A DNA stretch of 64,000 nucleotides from Candidatus Daviesbacteria bacterium (GCA_016195715.1 JACPZA010000002.1:43246-107245), one strand, 5' to 3'; shown: positions 1 through 9,588, counted from the first letter of the stretch. Numbers and translations are program-made. The notes: a model not told the origin generated them from the letters alone.

Positions 1-63
1 AATTGGACTATTTGCTTCTTTTGTAGCAGTGCGTCGATATTTGAAGGTTTAAAGTGGCAAAAG

Positions 64-1215
64 ATGAAATTTTTAAAATTTTTTGTTGTTAGTTTTCTAC
101 TACTTTTTTTAAGTCTCTCCCCTAAAGTATCTGCTCAAAGTTTAGAAGATTTAGATAAACAACTTCAAGACAAACAAGCTCAGATTAAACAACTTGAAGA
201 TCAGTTAACTAACACCCGCTCGCAAAAGAAAACTCTGCAATCTCAGCTAAGTTATATTGATGCCCAAAATAATCTCACTCAACTAAAAATAGAACAAGCT
301 AAATTTCAAATTACTAAATTAGGTAGAGAAATCGGTGATTTAAATACTCGAATTGACAGGTTATCAAGCAGTGTTGATTCACTGTCAGCAGTTTTGCTAG
401 AGCGGATTACTAAAACTTATAAATATTCAAATATTGGCACAATAGACCTGCTTTTTTCCTCAAAAGGCTTTGCTGATTTACTTGAGCGAATTAAATATAT
501 TCAAATTTTACAAGCTCATGACAAAAAAGTTTTATATGAACTTCAAGCGACAAAAGCTAACTATCACGATCAAAAACAAGATCGGGAAAGCCGAGAAGCA
601 GAGCAAAAAAAATTGCAAGCAGATTTGGAAAAATATGAAGTCCAACTTTTGCAGCAAAAAGATGCTAAAGAACAACTGCTTCGGGCTACTCAAAATGACG
701 AGACTAAATATCAAGCCTTAATTCAACAGCTCCAAGCTGAAGTCACCTCAATTCAACAAGCTATCTCCAATGTTAGCCCGCCAATTGGCCCTGTTAATAA
801 AGGTCAAACTATTGCAGCTATGGGTTCAACTGGTTGTTCAACCGGACCCCACTTACATTTTGAAGTTTTTGAAAATGCTAAAGTCGAAAATGGTCAAATC
901 ATTGGTAATCGGGTTAATCCTCACAATTATTTAGATCCTGGCAAAATCGGACCACCACTTCAAGGTTATCCTGGAGATACACAAATTACTACAGAATATG
1001 GAGAGATCTACTTTTTAGGAACTCATACCGGGTTAGACATTGCTCCTAAAGTTTATGAAGGTGTAGGTCGACCAATTTTAGCTGCTGATAATGGAATTTT
1101 ATATTCAACCCAAGCTCTTTGTCCATATAATATTACTGGGGGTTCAAGTTTAGGCAAAGGTGTAATTGTTGATCATCAAAATGGGATTGTGACTTTATAC
1201 TGGCATGTACTTTGA
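64..1215 (+). CDS. Secreted coiled-coil protein with C-terminal M23 (LytM) peptidase domain, EnvC-like; the domain order appears circularly permuted
   Basis: N-terminal hydrophobic signal (MKFLKFFVVSFLLLFLSLSPKVSA). A long Q/K/E/L-rich coiled-coil region follows. The C-terminal region carries the M23 signatures GSTGCSTGPHLHFEV and, after it, GTHTGLDIA...AADNG...GKGVIVDHQNGIVTLYWHVL. Confidence 0.75.
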   Translation: MKFLKFFVVSFLLLFLSLSPKVSAQSLEDLDKQLQDKQAQIKQLEDQLTNTRSQKKTLQSQLSYIDAQNNLTQLKIEQAKFQITKLGREIGDLNTRIDRLSSSVDSLSAVLLERITKTYKYSNIGTIDLLFSSKGFADLLERIKYIQILQAHDKKVLYELQATKANYHDQKQDRESREAEQKKLQADLEKYEVQLLQQKDAKEQLLRATQNDETKYQALIQQLQAEVTSIQQAISNVSPPIGPVNKGQTIAAMGSTGCSTGPHLHFEVFENAKVENGQIIGNRVNPHNYLDPGKIGPPLQGYPGDTQITTEYGEIYFLGTHTGLDIAPKVYEGVGRPILAADNGILYSTQALCPYNITGGSSLGKGVIVDHQNGIVTLYWHVL

Positions 1216-1275
1216 GTTTCTTTCTTGCTGAGATTTTGCTTAAAAACTGATTGATGTTATTATAAACTCAAAGTA

Positions 1276-2514
1276 ATGAAATCTTTAAAGTTCTTACTTC
1301 AGAACCTGTTTTTGTTTTTAACTTTTTTTCTAATCTCCTTTTTTCTTTATCCCAAAACAATTTTTGCAGATGATAATATCGTAATAAATGAATTTTTGCC
1401 TACTCCGTCTGATGGTAATGATTGGATTGAACTTTATAATAAATCAGATAATCTAATAAGTTTGTCAGGTTGGAGCTTAGAAGATACCACATCTAAGATG
1501 AAAGATGTGAACTGTGATATTCCAAGCAAGGGACAGGTTTTTGTTGATGTTTCTAATAGGTTAAACAAGGACGGAGATACTATTACTTTAAAAGATAATT
1601 CTGGGACAGTCGTTGATACTAAACAATATACGGATCCAGGAGTAAATGTTTCCTGGGTTAGGGTTCCAGATGGGGGAGACTGGACTACTTCAAACTCTCC
1701 TACAAAACCAACCACTGAATGTTTGCCATCATCACCTACCCCATCTTCTACAGCGACACCTACTCCAGAACCAACAAGTGATAATAGCAATAGTCCATTT
1801 TTTACTATCTCATCTAATACCACATCAGTAACTTCAAATAATGATTTTTCTGTAACTGTTGAATTCCTAATCCCCAGCAGTCCTAACAAAGATTTTTATG
1901 TAGAAGGAGCATTTTTCAAATCAGGTACCACAAATTACTGCGGATTTACTAAAGTATCTAATAATTGGATAAGTTACTCTGATGATTTTAATCATCAATT
2001 ACTAGCACAAACTAATGATGAAGGGAGATGGGGAGCTTATAATATCAATGTTAAATTTGATCCAAATGATAATGGCTGTAAAGATAGTGGAGATTATCGC
2101 TTTAAAGTTCGAAGATTTAATTCAACTGGCTCAGATTATATTTGGAGTAATGATATACCAATTGCTATTACTGTTGTCTCATCAGCTACATCGACCCCAA
2201 CCCCTACACCAACAACTGCTTTAGCAGCTAACATAACTCCCACCCCAATTTCAAAATCAACTTCTTCTAGTTCTCCTAACCCTTTCGCTTTTATCAATTC
2301 AACTAGTTCAGCCAATATACTTGGTACAAGCTCTGCATCACAAAAATCATCAGACCAAGTTACTGATAAAACTTTAGTAAGTGATAGTAAACAATCCTCA
2401 GGTAATAAATGGATTTATTTTGGGGTGGGGTTTTTAGTATTAAGCATTGGCGGAGGTTTTATATTAAAATTGAAACGCCAAAAAAATGAAATACCACACA
2501 AACTCAATTTCTGA
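1276..2514 (+). CDS. Secreted/surface protein with lamin-tail domain (LTD), S/T/P-rich linkers and a C-terminal TM anchor
   Basis: Signal peptide, then the LTD signature IVINEFLPTPSDGNDWIELYNKSDNLISLSGWSLED...GDTITLKDNSGTVVD. Low-complexity PTPSST linkers. C-terminal hydrophobic helix plus KLKRQK stop-transfer. Confidence 0.65.
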   Translation: MKSLKFLLQNLFLFLTFFLISFFLYPKTIFADDNIVINEFLPTPSDGNDWIELYNKSDNLISLSGWSLEDTTSKMKDVNCDIPSKGQVFVDVSNRLNKDGDTITLKDNSGTVVDTKQYTDPGVNVSWVRVPDGGDWTTSNSPTKPTTECLPSSPTPSSTATPTPEPTSDNSNSPFFTISSNTTSVTSNNDFSVTVEFLIPSSPNKDFYVEGAFFKSGTTNYCGFTKVSNNWISYSDDFNHQLLAQTNDEGRWGAYNINVKFDPNDNGCKDSGDYRFKVRRFNSTGSDYIWSNDIPIAITVVSSATSTPTPTPTTALAANITPTPISKSTSSSSPNPFAFINSTSSANILGTSSASQKSSDQVTDKTLVSDSKQSSGNKWIYFGVGFLVLSIGGGFILKLKRQKNEIPHKLNF

Positions 2515-2905
2515 AACTCATAAAATTGCTGCAAAAATTGCTAAGGATTTTCAAAATAAAGGTGGGGTAATCGCTTTAACTGGCAAACTCGGTGCTGGTA
2601 AAACTACTTTTGCTGCTAGCTTTGCTAAAGCACTAGGCATTAAAGAAAAAATAATTTCACCCACTTTTGTATTAGTCAGAGAACACAAAATTCCAAACTC
2701 CAAAAGAATTCTTTTTCATATAGATTTATATAGATTAGAAAATAGTATTGAACCCAATACTTTAGGAATAGAAGATATGCTTTCTAACCCAGAAAATATT
2801 GTTTTAATAGAGTGGGCAGAAAAATTAAATCAAAAAATTAACTATCAAAATAAAGTCGAAATCAAATTATCTTCAAACTCACAAAGAGAAATAAACATTA
2901 ATTAG
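2486..2905 (+). CDS. tsaE: tRNA threonylcarbamoyladenosine (t6A) biosynthesis protein TsaE (YjeE-type P-loop ATPase)
   Basis: Walker A ALTGKLGAGKTTFAASFAKALG, ISPTFVLVREH, HIDLYRLEN, IVLIEWAEK. Size of about 139 aa is typical. Confidence 0.85.
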   Translation: MKYHTNSISETHKIAAKIAKDFQNKGGVIALTGKLGAGKTTFAASFAKALGIKEKIISPTFVLVREHKIPNSKRILFHIDLYRLENSIEPNTLGIEDMLSNPENIVLIEWAEKLNQKINYQNKVEIKLSSNSQREININ

Positions 2906-4343
2906 CTGCTCCTTTTTTTAATTTCCAAATCAGTGAAATAAAAGTAAAAACTAGAAAGATAAATCCCAGTACCTCCAAAAGATTTGGTAAGTAAAAAATC
3001 AATTCAGTAGCCCTATTTAATTTACTATCAATTAACCAACCATTTGCAAAAGAGTTTACCAAAACATGCTGTCCAAAAATGGCTATCCAACCCTTTCCAA
3101 AGGCTTGATTAAAAACTAACAAACTTGGTTTGCTGGAAGTCTTAGATAAATTTAAAGAATAAAGCCCTGGTAATATTTGTTTTTGATTGTTAATAGCTAA
3201 CTGCTCAACTCGATAATCATTTTTATCAGTAAAGCTCATCTCTGAAATCCAATAATAAGGGAAAGGAATTATTTTAAGACTTCTTAGTCTATTAACTGAT
3301 GAATCATTACCTATTGAAATATTGTCAAAGTCAATATCAAAGCCAAAACCTCCATCTTCAGCTGGTGGTAAAACTAGTATTTGATGAGTAAACTCGTTAC
3401 TTGCTTTTAAATCCAAATATAAATCACACCTTTTAGTTGTATTATTTGAGACACAAACTCGCATTGGTAGACCAGTGATATTTTGGACTTCTAAATCTAA
3501 TAGGTAACTTAGGTTATGAGATAAAGTGGGAATACTAAAGCTGTCACAGCTTGAACCTCCTTCAGAAGTGTACTCTATAAACCTAAGACTTAAATTAACT
3601 TTTCTATCAAAAAACTTTGGCAATATATCACTACAAGTATTAGGAAAATGTCCTTCTTTAAATAGATCTAATTGTTGAATATTTGAGTCTATTTTTAACT
3701 GATCATTTTTATTAAAATTTAAAGTTTGGTTAGAAAGTAATTTATAGAGATCCTGAGGAAAGACTGAGTAGCTTCCTGAAGGAGAAGAAATTGATAGTTC
3801 AATATCTTGATAGCTTAAAAATCTAAGCTGATTATCAAAATTATCAGCATAAAAAATCAGTACTAAATTATCAACCAGAGAAGAATCAAGTGTAAAATAA
3901 CTAGTAATAATATTTTGAGATGAGAGATTTTTTTCTTCTTTAATACATCTATTAAGCGATGTGTCATAAATACAATAATGACCGGCTAAATTACTACCTG
4001 AGGGGATTAAAAATTTTAATCTGGCTAAAGTTTCAAATGCCGTTAATTTATCTTTGCTAATTAGATTTTTTAAGGGAATTTTCAAACAAACTTGAGAATT
4101 TTTAGAGCTAATTTTAAAACTATTTTCATTAGTTAATTCAATATTAAATAACTGGTCTGATGTCTCTTTTCCACAAATTCCTATATCCTTAAGATTATTT
4201 TTTAGATCGAGTAACTGGGATTCAAACTTTGAATAAAAAGTAAAATCATTTATTGATTTGGTGCTTAAAAATACTGGATTTTGAATAAAAAAGTTAGATT
4301 GGTTTTTTGTGACAATAAAGGTTTGTTGGTTATTAACGTTCAC
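2898..4343 (-). CDS. Hypothetical N/S-rich protein with a C-terminal TM anchor; may be the distal part of a larger frameshifted gene (see findings)
   Basis: Long ORF with GTG start and no N-terminal signal. C-terminal hydrophobic helix FIFLVFTFISLIWKLKKGAAN. The same frame stays open about 70 codons upstream without any start codon. Confidence 0.5.
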   Translation of the reverse strand: MNVNNQQTFIVTKNQSNFFIQNPVFLSTKSINDFTFYSKFESQLLDLKNNLKDIGICGKETSDQLFNIELTNENSFKISSKNSQVCLKIPLKNLISKDKLTAFETLARLKFLIPSGSNLAGHYCIYDTSLNRCIKEEKNLSSQNIITSYFTLDSSLVDNLVLIFYADNFDNQLRFLSYQDIELSISSPSGSYSVFPQDLYKLLSNQTLNFNKNDQLKIDSNIQQLDLFKEGHFPNTCSDILPKFFDRKVNLSLRFIEYTSEGGSSCDSFSIPTLSHNLSYLLDLEVQNITGLPMRVCVSNNTTKRCDLYLDLKASNEFTHQILVLPPAEDGGFGFDIDFDNISIGNDSSVNRLRSLKIIPFPYYWISEMSFTDKNDYRVEQLAINNQKQILPGLYSLNLSKTSSKPSLLVFNQAFGKGWIAIFGQHVLVNSFANGWLIDSKLNRATELIFYLPNLLEVLGFIFLVFTFISLIWKLKKGAAN

Positions 4344-4563
4344 AAAAACTTGATTAGAATCAGAGAAAGGAATTGGAAACTCAATAGTTTTATTAAGCTT
4401 ATCGGAAACATTAACATAAGGTAAGTTTAGAGAAATTACCCCAGTTGTTTTATCGGTTGTTTTTGTTGAAAAAATTGCGGGGACTTGGATTTCACTATCT
4501 AAATAATCTTGAGTCGCTAAGGATACATTTTGAGGTAGGTTTTTTGGATTAAGGATTATTTGA

Positions 4564-6492
4564 TTATCTTTTAAAGACTAAGTTTTTTATTGAGGGATTA
4601 TTTAGATTATTAATATAATCTCCACTTTGCAAATATTCATAATCTAAATCCTTAAACCCGAAATTGCCACTAATTGAAGTAAGGTTTACTGGAGAATAAA
4701 AAAAACCCTGATAGCTTTTGTCTAGGTCTGCTTGATATATTTCAATGTTCCCAAATTTTTTAACTAATCTAATTTTTGTAGATTGATCAAATAAAGATTT
4801 AATTTGGTTAGTAAACAAAATACCCCTTCCAACATTTATTCCTGGTGCAATAACATTATCATCTAAAATGATATATTTTATTTGATACTTACTCAGAACT
4901 TTTTCGACTAAATTAATATTGGTTGAATAAATTGCATAAGACATCTCTCTATAATACTCTTCGTTGCTAGGATTCCACCTATCAAAATCTCTATCGAGAA
5001 GTGGCTGCTTAAGACCAGAGGATAAAAAGCCTGAACCTTGAAAACCCCAATCATAATATGTCCACCCCCACAGAGAGTGAATTGGTAAATTGGCAATTCG
5101 ACCATCTAAGCTTTGATTGTTAAACCAGTTAAACATTTGAAAATATTCATTTGGAATTTGAACTTGTATTAATTTAGAAATTAAATCTCCCCGAAAAGCT
5201 GGCCACATATAAAAAACTAAAGAAGCTGAAGTAATAAAAACTACTAAAAAAATTAAAAATTTTAAGCGAATTTTATTGAAAATTGAAAAAATAAATTTTT
5301 GTCCATAGGCAAAATAACAACTAAAGCTAAACATTAAAATTATGGAAAACTTAGTGAAAGGAAACCTTAAGGCTTCCTTAAATAAATTACTGTGATCCCT
5401 TAAAAATAAAAAGAATTCATCAAAAGGTGGATTTTGGTTAGTTAAAAAAATAAATGAAAGCAAAGTTGGTCCTATTAAACCAACTCCAATTTGTTGTTTT
5501 TTAGTGATTGAATAAACTAACCCAAGTAAAGAAATAAAAGCCATAACATAACCTATTTCAGCTATAAATGGTTTGTTTAAATAGTTTCTCCAGTTAGCTA
5601 AAAGATATTCAAATTTATTATCTTTATAAGCTGACCATTCAAACAAAAAATTTTTAAAAATTAATGTATCTTTAATGTCACCAAAACTTTTATTATAAGC
5701 AAATGCTTCTTCTGAAAAAAGTAAGTTTGTTCTAGCATTTGGTACATTGCTCGCATTTCCAGATGCTAAAAAGTAGATATTAGGTAAAATCCAAAATGAA
5801 TTTAAAATTAAAGTTAAAAAAATAATCACTAAACAACTTCTTAAATATTTCTTTAAAAATACAATTAAATATAAGATTAAACTTAAAAAATATGCATACC
5901 AAAGTGTGGATGCATAAGCCATCGGTGTTGAAAATAAACTTACTAAACTAAAAAATAATAAATTTTTTCTTGATGGATTTTTTAAATAATTTGTAACTGT
6001 TAAAAAAAGCCAAGGTAAAAAAGCGTACTGAGTATTAAACATTTCAAATGGTACATAAAAATGTTGTAAGGTTCCTAAATTAAGTAGATAAAATAAAGCT
6101 GCTAAAAAAGCTGCTGCCTCTTTAATTTTTTTCTCTGAATGAGGGAGTAGAATAATCTTGCAAAAAAAATAAACTCCCAAGCTGCCAATTGGTAGACAAA
6201 TTGCAATATAAAAAAACCTAAGTAAATTATTTGGCAAAACTGATGAAAGAAAGAATATAAAAAATACCCGGGGTAAATCAGACATGTGAGCATGTGCAGC
6301 AACTGCACCAAGGCCTTGATTATCTCGAAAAACTCCAAAAATTAATCTTTGAAAATTTAAAGGAAAATTAAATTCTGGATGTAACGTATCCCAACCTGAT
6401 AAGTAACTACTAGGAACATGGTTAATAAAAATTAGTAGCAAACAAATTAAAACTAAAACAGCTGGATAAAAATAATTCATTAATATCTTCAT
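4564..6492 (-). CDS. Large polytopic membrane protein (GT-C/YfhO-like architecture) with a C-terminal soluble domain
   Basis: 642 aa with more than 10 predicted TM helices in the N-terminal two thirds and a hydrophilic C-terminal roughly 200 aa. Co-oriented with a paralogous-looking neighbor. Confidence 0.5.
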   Translation of the reverse strand: MKILMNYFYPAVLVLICLLLIFINHVPSSYLSGWDTLHPEFNFPLNFQRLIFGVFRDNQGLGAVAAHAHMSDLPRVFFIFFLSSVLPNNLLRFFYIAICLPIGSLGVYFFCKIILLPHSEKKIKEAAAFLAALFYLLNLGTLQHFYVPFEMFNTQYAFLPWLFLTVTNYLKNPSRKNLLFFSLVSLFSTPMAYASTLWYAYFLSLILYLIVFLKKYLRSCLVIIFLTLILNSFWILPNIYFLASGNASNVPNARTNLLFSEEAFAYNKSFGDIKDTLIFKNFLFEWSAYKDNKFEYLLANWRNYLNKPFIAEIGYVMAFISLLGLVYSITKKQQIGVGLIGPTLLSFIFLTNQNPPFDEFFLFLRDHSNLFKEALRFPFTKFSIILMFSFSCYFAYGQKFIFSIFNKIRLKFLIFLVVFITSASLVFYMWPAFRGDLISKLIQVQIPNEYFQMFNWFNNQSLDGRIANLPIHSLWGWTYYDWGFQGSGFLSSGLKQPLLDRDFDRWNPSNEEYYREMSYAIYSTNINLVEKVLSKYQIKYIILDDNVIAPGINVGRGILFTNQIKSLFDQSTKIRLVKKFGNIEIYQADLDKSYQGFFYSPVNLTSISGNFGFKDLDYEYLQSGDYINNLNNPSIKNLVFKR

Positions 6493-6498
6493 AGAAAT

Positions 6499-8349
6499 TT
6501 AATTTATCTTAAATAAATTTACTTGTTCATTATTAGGAAGCGTATAAGTTTTTATAAGCTTTATTTGAAAATTTAACAAAGGCTTTAAATTACTAATTTC
6601 TTTAAAAGAACAGCCAAAGCTGCAAATAATTTCTTTTACTCCACCTAAAATAGCGCCATTTTTTAAGACTGTACCATCAGTAAGCTGAACATCACTATTT
6701 GTGGTAACTACTTCCCCATCCTCAATATAACAAACAGTTCCAGCGACTGCTACATGGCTAAAAAAATTACTACATTTAGGGTGAGAATAAACTTCGAAGA
6801 ATTTTCTGATTTGCTCCAAAGCTGGTTTATTTCTTAAAAATTCTGTTCCAACTTCCTGAACAGGTACTATTGCATAATCAACGGACATTAAATAGTTAAT
6901 TAAGTTTTGTTGATCTGGAAATCTATTTTGGTGATAAAGTCCTTCTAAAAAATAAATATCAGGAGTTAAGATTTTTAACTTTACTAATCCTTGAGCTTTG
7001 GTATAAGTTCTTAAATTACTTGGATTTAGATGCTCATATTCGGCACTAATTAATACTTTATTTAAAGGTGTATCATTAATTAATTGCAAATCATAAATTA
7101 TTTGATCCATTGACCAAAAATTACTTTCTGGACGTTTCATTACAGCATCTTCTATATCAATAACATTTGCATACCAACCAACAATTGGTATATATAAAGA
7201 AACTCGGTAGTTTTCTAAAAAGCTAGGTCTAAGTGTCAGAATTAAACAATAAAAGATTAAGATTAAAATTAAAATAGTTTGAAAAAGTTTATCCTTTAGC
7301 TCATGAAAAAACAATCCAATGATTAGTCCTACAAAGGGTAAAGTTGGCATGGTATATCTGGGATCTTTATTACCAATTAAAGTAAAACTGACATAAGCAA
7401 AAATAATCATTATCAAAGGAAAAGTTACAAATTTATTTTTGATTTTTAAAAGATAAACTGATGAAATAATAAAAACTAGCCCAATAAGTGGAGTAACTTG
7501 ATAATTAACAAACAATTTTAAATATAAAGTAATACTTTCCCAGCTTAAAACATCTGCTGGTTTAGCACCTTCTTCTCCTATGATATTAATTCTAGTTTGG
7601 GAGAGTAAGCTTGAAAAATTTGTTAGATACCAAGGCAAAATAATTAAAGAAAAAATAAATAATCCAGGAATTAATATTGCTAAACTTTTTTTAAACTCAT
7701 TTTTTTTTAAAATTTTAATAAATGCAGCGACTAATGGAATAATTAGGTAAACAACTCCTGTCCATTTAGTCATTAACACAAATCCAGCAAATATAAAAAA
7801 CAATATACTTGTCTTTTTCTTGATTAGAAAATCTGATTTTTCTAAAAAATATAGACAAATCATTAGCATGCCAACTAAAGGAATATCTAAATAAAGCCAT
7901 TTAGAATCAGCATAAATAATTGGGAAAAGAGAAAAAATAATTGTCGAAAAAATAGCTAAATTTTTATTCTTTGTAAATTCTTTTGTATATAAAAAAACTG
8001 AAATAATTGTAAAAATTAAACTAACAGACCCAAAAAGTTGTAATAGTCTAACTAAAAATAATCCATTATTAGTTAATAATTGAAAAGGAATTATAAAAAT
8101 TGCTGCTAAAAAGTGAACTAAAATTGGATAATAATTAGATGAGTTAATTATCCCTAAAAAATTTAAGCTTTTAATACTATCTGCAATATTTAAAGTAATC
8201 AAGCTGTGGGCTGCAGGATCCCATGGTATTGGCGCATTATTTAACTTCAACCAATATAAATTAAGTAACCAGTGAAAAATAATTATAGATAGAAGCAGCA
8301 CTAGCCAAGATAAATTGTGATGTTTCAAAAAAACAAAAATTTCTTTCAT
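6499..8349 (-). CDS. Large polytopic membrane protein, putative GT-C family glycosyltransferase
   Basis: 616 aa, many TM helices, a first extracytoplasmic loop with PIPWDPAAH, and a hydrophilic C-terminal domain. It lies 6 nt upstream of the next membrane-protein gene. Confidence 0.5.
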   Translation of the reverse strand: MKEIFVFLKHHNLSWLVLLLSIIIFHWLLNLYWLKLNNAPIPWDPAAHSLITLNIADSIKSLNFLGIINSSNYYPILVHFLAAIFIIPFQLLTNNGLFLVRLLQLFGSVSLIFTIISVFLYTKEFTKNKNLAIFSTIIFSLFPIIYADSKWLYLDIPLVGMLMICLYFLEKSDFLIKKKTSILFFIFAGFVLMTKWTGVVYLIIPLVAAFIKILKKNEFKKSLAILIPGLFIFSLIILPWYLTNFSSLLSQTRINIIGEEGAKPADVLSWESITLYLKLFVNYQVTPLIGLVFIISSVYLLKIKNKFVTFPLIMIIFAYVSFTLIGNKDPRYTMPTLPFVGLIIGLFFHELKDKLFQTILILILIFYCLILTLRPSFLENYRVSLYIPIVGWYANVIDIEDAVMKRPESNFWSMDQIIYDLQLINDTPLNKVLISAEYEHLNPSNLRTYTKAQGLVKLKILTPDIYFLEGLYHQNRFPDQQNLINYLMSVDYAIVPVQEVGTEFLRNKPALEQIRKFFEVYSHPKCSNFFSHVAVAGTVCYIEDGEVVTTNSDVQLTDGTVLKNGAILGGVKEIICSFGCSFKEISNLKPLLNFQIKLIKTYTLPNNEQVNLFKIN

Positions 8350-8412
8350 AAAGTTTAAACGGATAACTTAATTTTAACCTATTTAATCTATTAAAAAACT
8401 ATAAAAACTACT

Positions 8413-8439
8413 AAAAAGCCCCGATCTCTCGGGGCTTTT
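8413..8439 (-). terminator. Rho-independent terminator (bidirectional-looking hairpin) after the sortase-substrate operon
   Basis: aaaaaGCCCCGAtctcTCGGGGCtttt: a perfect 7-bp GC stem flanked by A and T runs, directly downstream of the minus-strand gene ending at 8465. Confidence 0.6.
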
Positions 8440-8464
8440 AAAAAACCTTATCTTAAATCAAAGT

Positions 8465-9556
8465 TTAAGGATGGTACTCTATCGTACCATCACTACACCC
8501 GCTAACCAATCCACATCCACTTTGTTTTTGTTGAGCCTTTATTTGTTCGGCTATTACTTCTGGATCTTGTCCATTTGCATGTATTATTCCTGCTCCCCAT
8601 TCAGCAAAAATCGTTCTTCCTGCAGGAACAATTGATACTGCTCCTGTTTTAGTTTTATCATCGTAATCCTGTACAAACTGTCCAGTAGCATTTGTAACTT
8701 TAGTGTCACCATCTACTACAGTTAAATCTTGGGTTACGCACATCTCTTTATTACCTAAACTTGTTCCACAAGCATTAGCAGCTACAGCTGGCTGAGCCAC
8801 AGGTTCAGTAATAGCTGTTTGTTGTGCTTGGCTAGAACCAAAATGGAAATCTGGAGTAGGTCTTTCGAAATTATGAGTTAAGACCTCATTTCTAACTGAA
8901 CCTATCCATACAATGTTTCCAGTTCGACCATCTATAAGAGAAATATCAGTATCTTTTACATTATTTCCGATAGCTGGATCAGTCATACTACGATTAATGT
9001 CAGCAACTAATTTTTGCTCTACTCCATTATCATAAGATGTGCTGTCTGCTGGATAAGGTGTTAGTCCTTCCCAGTTACCACCTACTTTTTTATCTTTATC
9101 TTCCCAAACTTTCAATTCGATACCCCCTCGTATACATGGGTCAGTATTTTCATTATTAGGAGTTCCACCATAAACTATTACTGCACTTCCTCTATCTGCT
9201 CCTTTTGAGCGACCTTCAAAACTAAATGACTGACCAGTTGGATCTTGATAACTCATAGGTCCACCTTCAACTACCGCTATTTTATCTGCTGGTGATTTCA
9301 CAAACAAACTTGTAAAACCGGCTTTAGAGATATCTGCACCTTCACATGAAGGTACACCTGGTAAAGTTGGGTTCCAAGCTGGAAAAGCTGGTCCATCAGC
9401 AAAAGCTTGTACAGCTGGAAGTGAAGCAAGTAATGCTAAGACGCTTCCTGCTCTAATAACTACTTCAGTTCTTAAAGCTTGGCCTAAAGGATGAGTAAAT
9501 CGTCTTACTGAATTTTTAGCTCCTTCATAACCATTTTTACTTTCTATATTTAGCAT
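8465..9556 (-). CDS. Hypothetical secreted protein (G/D/T/P-rich), GC-richer than surroundings; leader-motif paralog of 9635..10567
   Basis: Strong SD (AAGGAGGTGAAAAGTTTTATG). The N-terminal region ...RRFTHPLGQALRTEVVIRAGSVLALLASLPAVQAFA is followed by a hydrophilic body. Codon composition is atypical. Confidence 0.6.
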   Translation of the reverse strand: MLNIESKNGYEGAKNSVRRFTHPLGQALRTEVVIRAGSVLALLASLPAVQAFADGPAFPAWNPTLPGVPSCEGADISKAGFTSLFVKSPADKIAVVEGGPMSYQDPTGQSFSFEGRSKGADRGSAVIVYGGTPNNENTDPCIRGGIELKVWEDKDKKVGGNWEGLTPYPADSTSYDNGVEQKLVADINRSMTDPAIGNNVKDTDISLIDGRTGNIVWIGSVRNEVLTHNFERPTPDFHFGSSQAQQTAITEPVAQPAVAANACGTSLGNKEMCVTQDLTVVDGDTKVTNATGQFVQDYDDKTKTGAVSIVPAGRTIFAEWGAGIIHANGQDPEVIAEQIKAQQKQSGCGLVSGCSDGTIEYHP

Positions 9557-9588
9557 AAACTTTTCACCTCCTTTAAAAAAATTCTCTT

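Noticed and set aside
470-721. ORFs nested in or antisense to larger genes in low-complexity or AT-rich stretches: 470..721(+), 532..714(-), 1434..1889(-), 1646..1831(+), 2015..2224(+), 4908..5105(-), 6102..6338(-)
   Set aside because: They lie entirely inside the coiled-coil M23 gene, the LTD gene and the large membrane-protein genes, which have far better coding features. Their compositions look like frame artifacts (K/N/F/L-rich).
9450-9556. Twin-arginine (Tat) signal in protein 8465..9556 (…SVRRFTHPLG…)
   Set aside because: RRF is present, but the flanks do not fit S/T-R-R-x-F-L-K. The paralogous leader in 9635..10567 has no RR pair, so the shared feature is the THP-x-G motif rather than a Tat motif.
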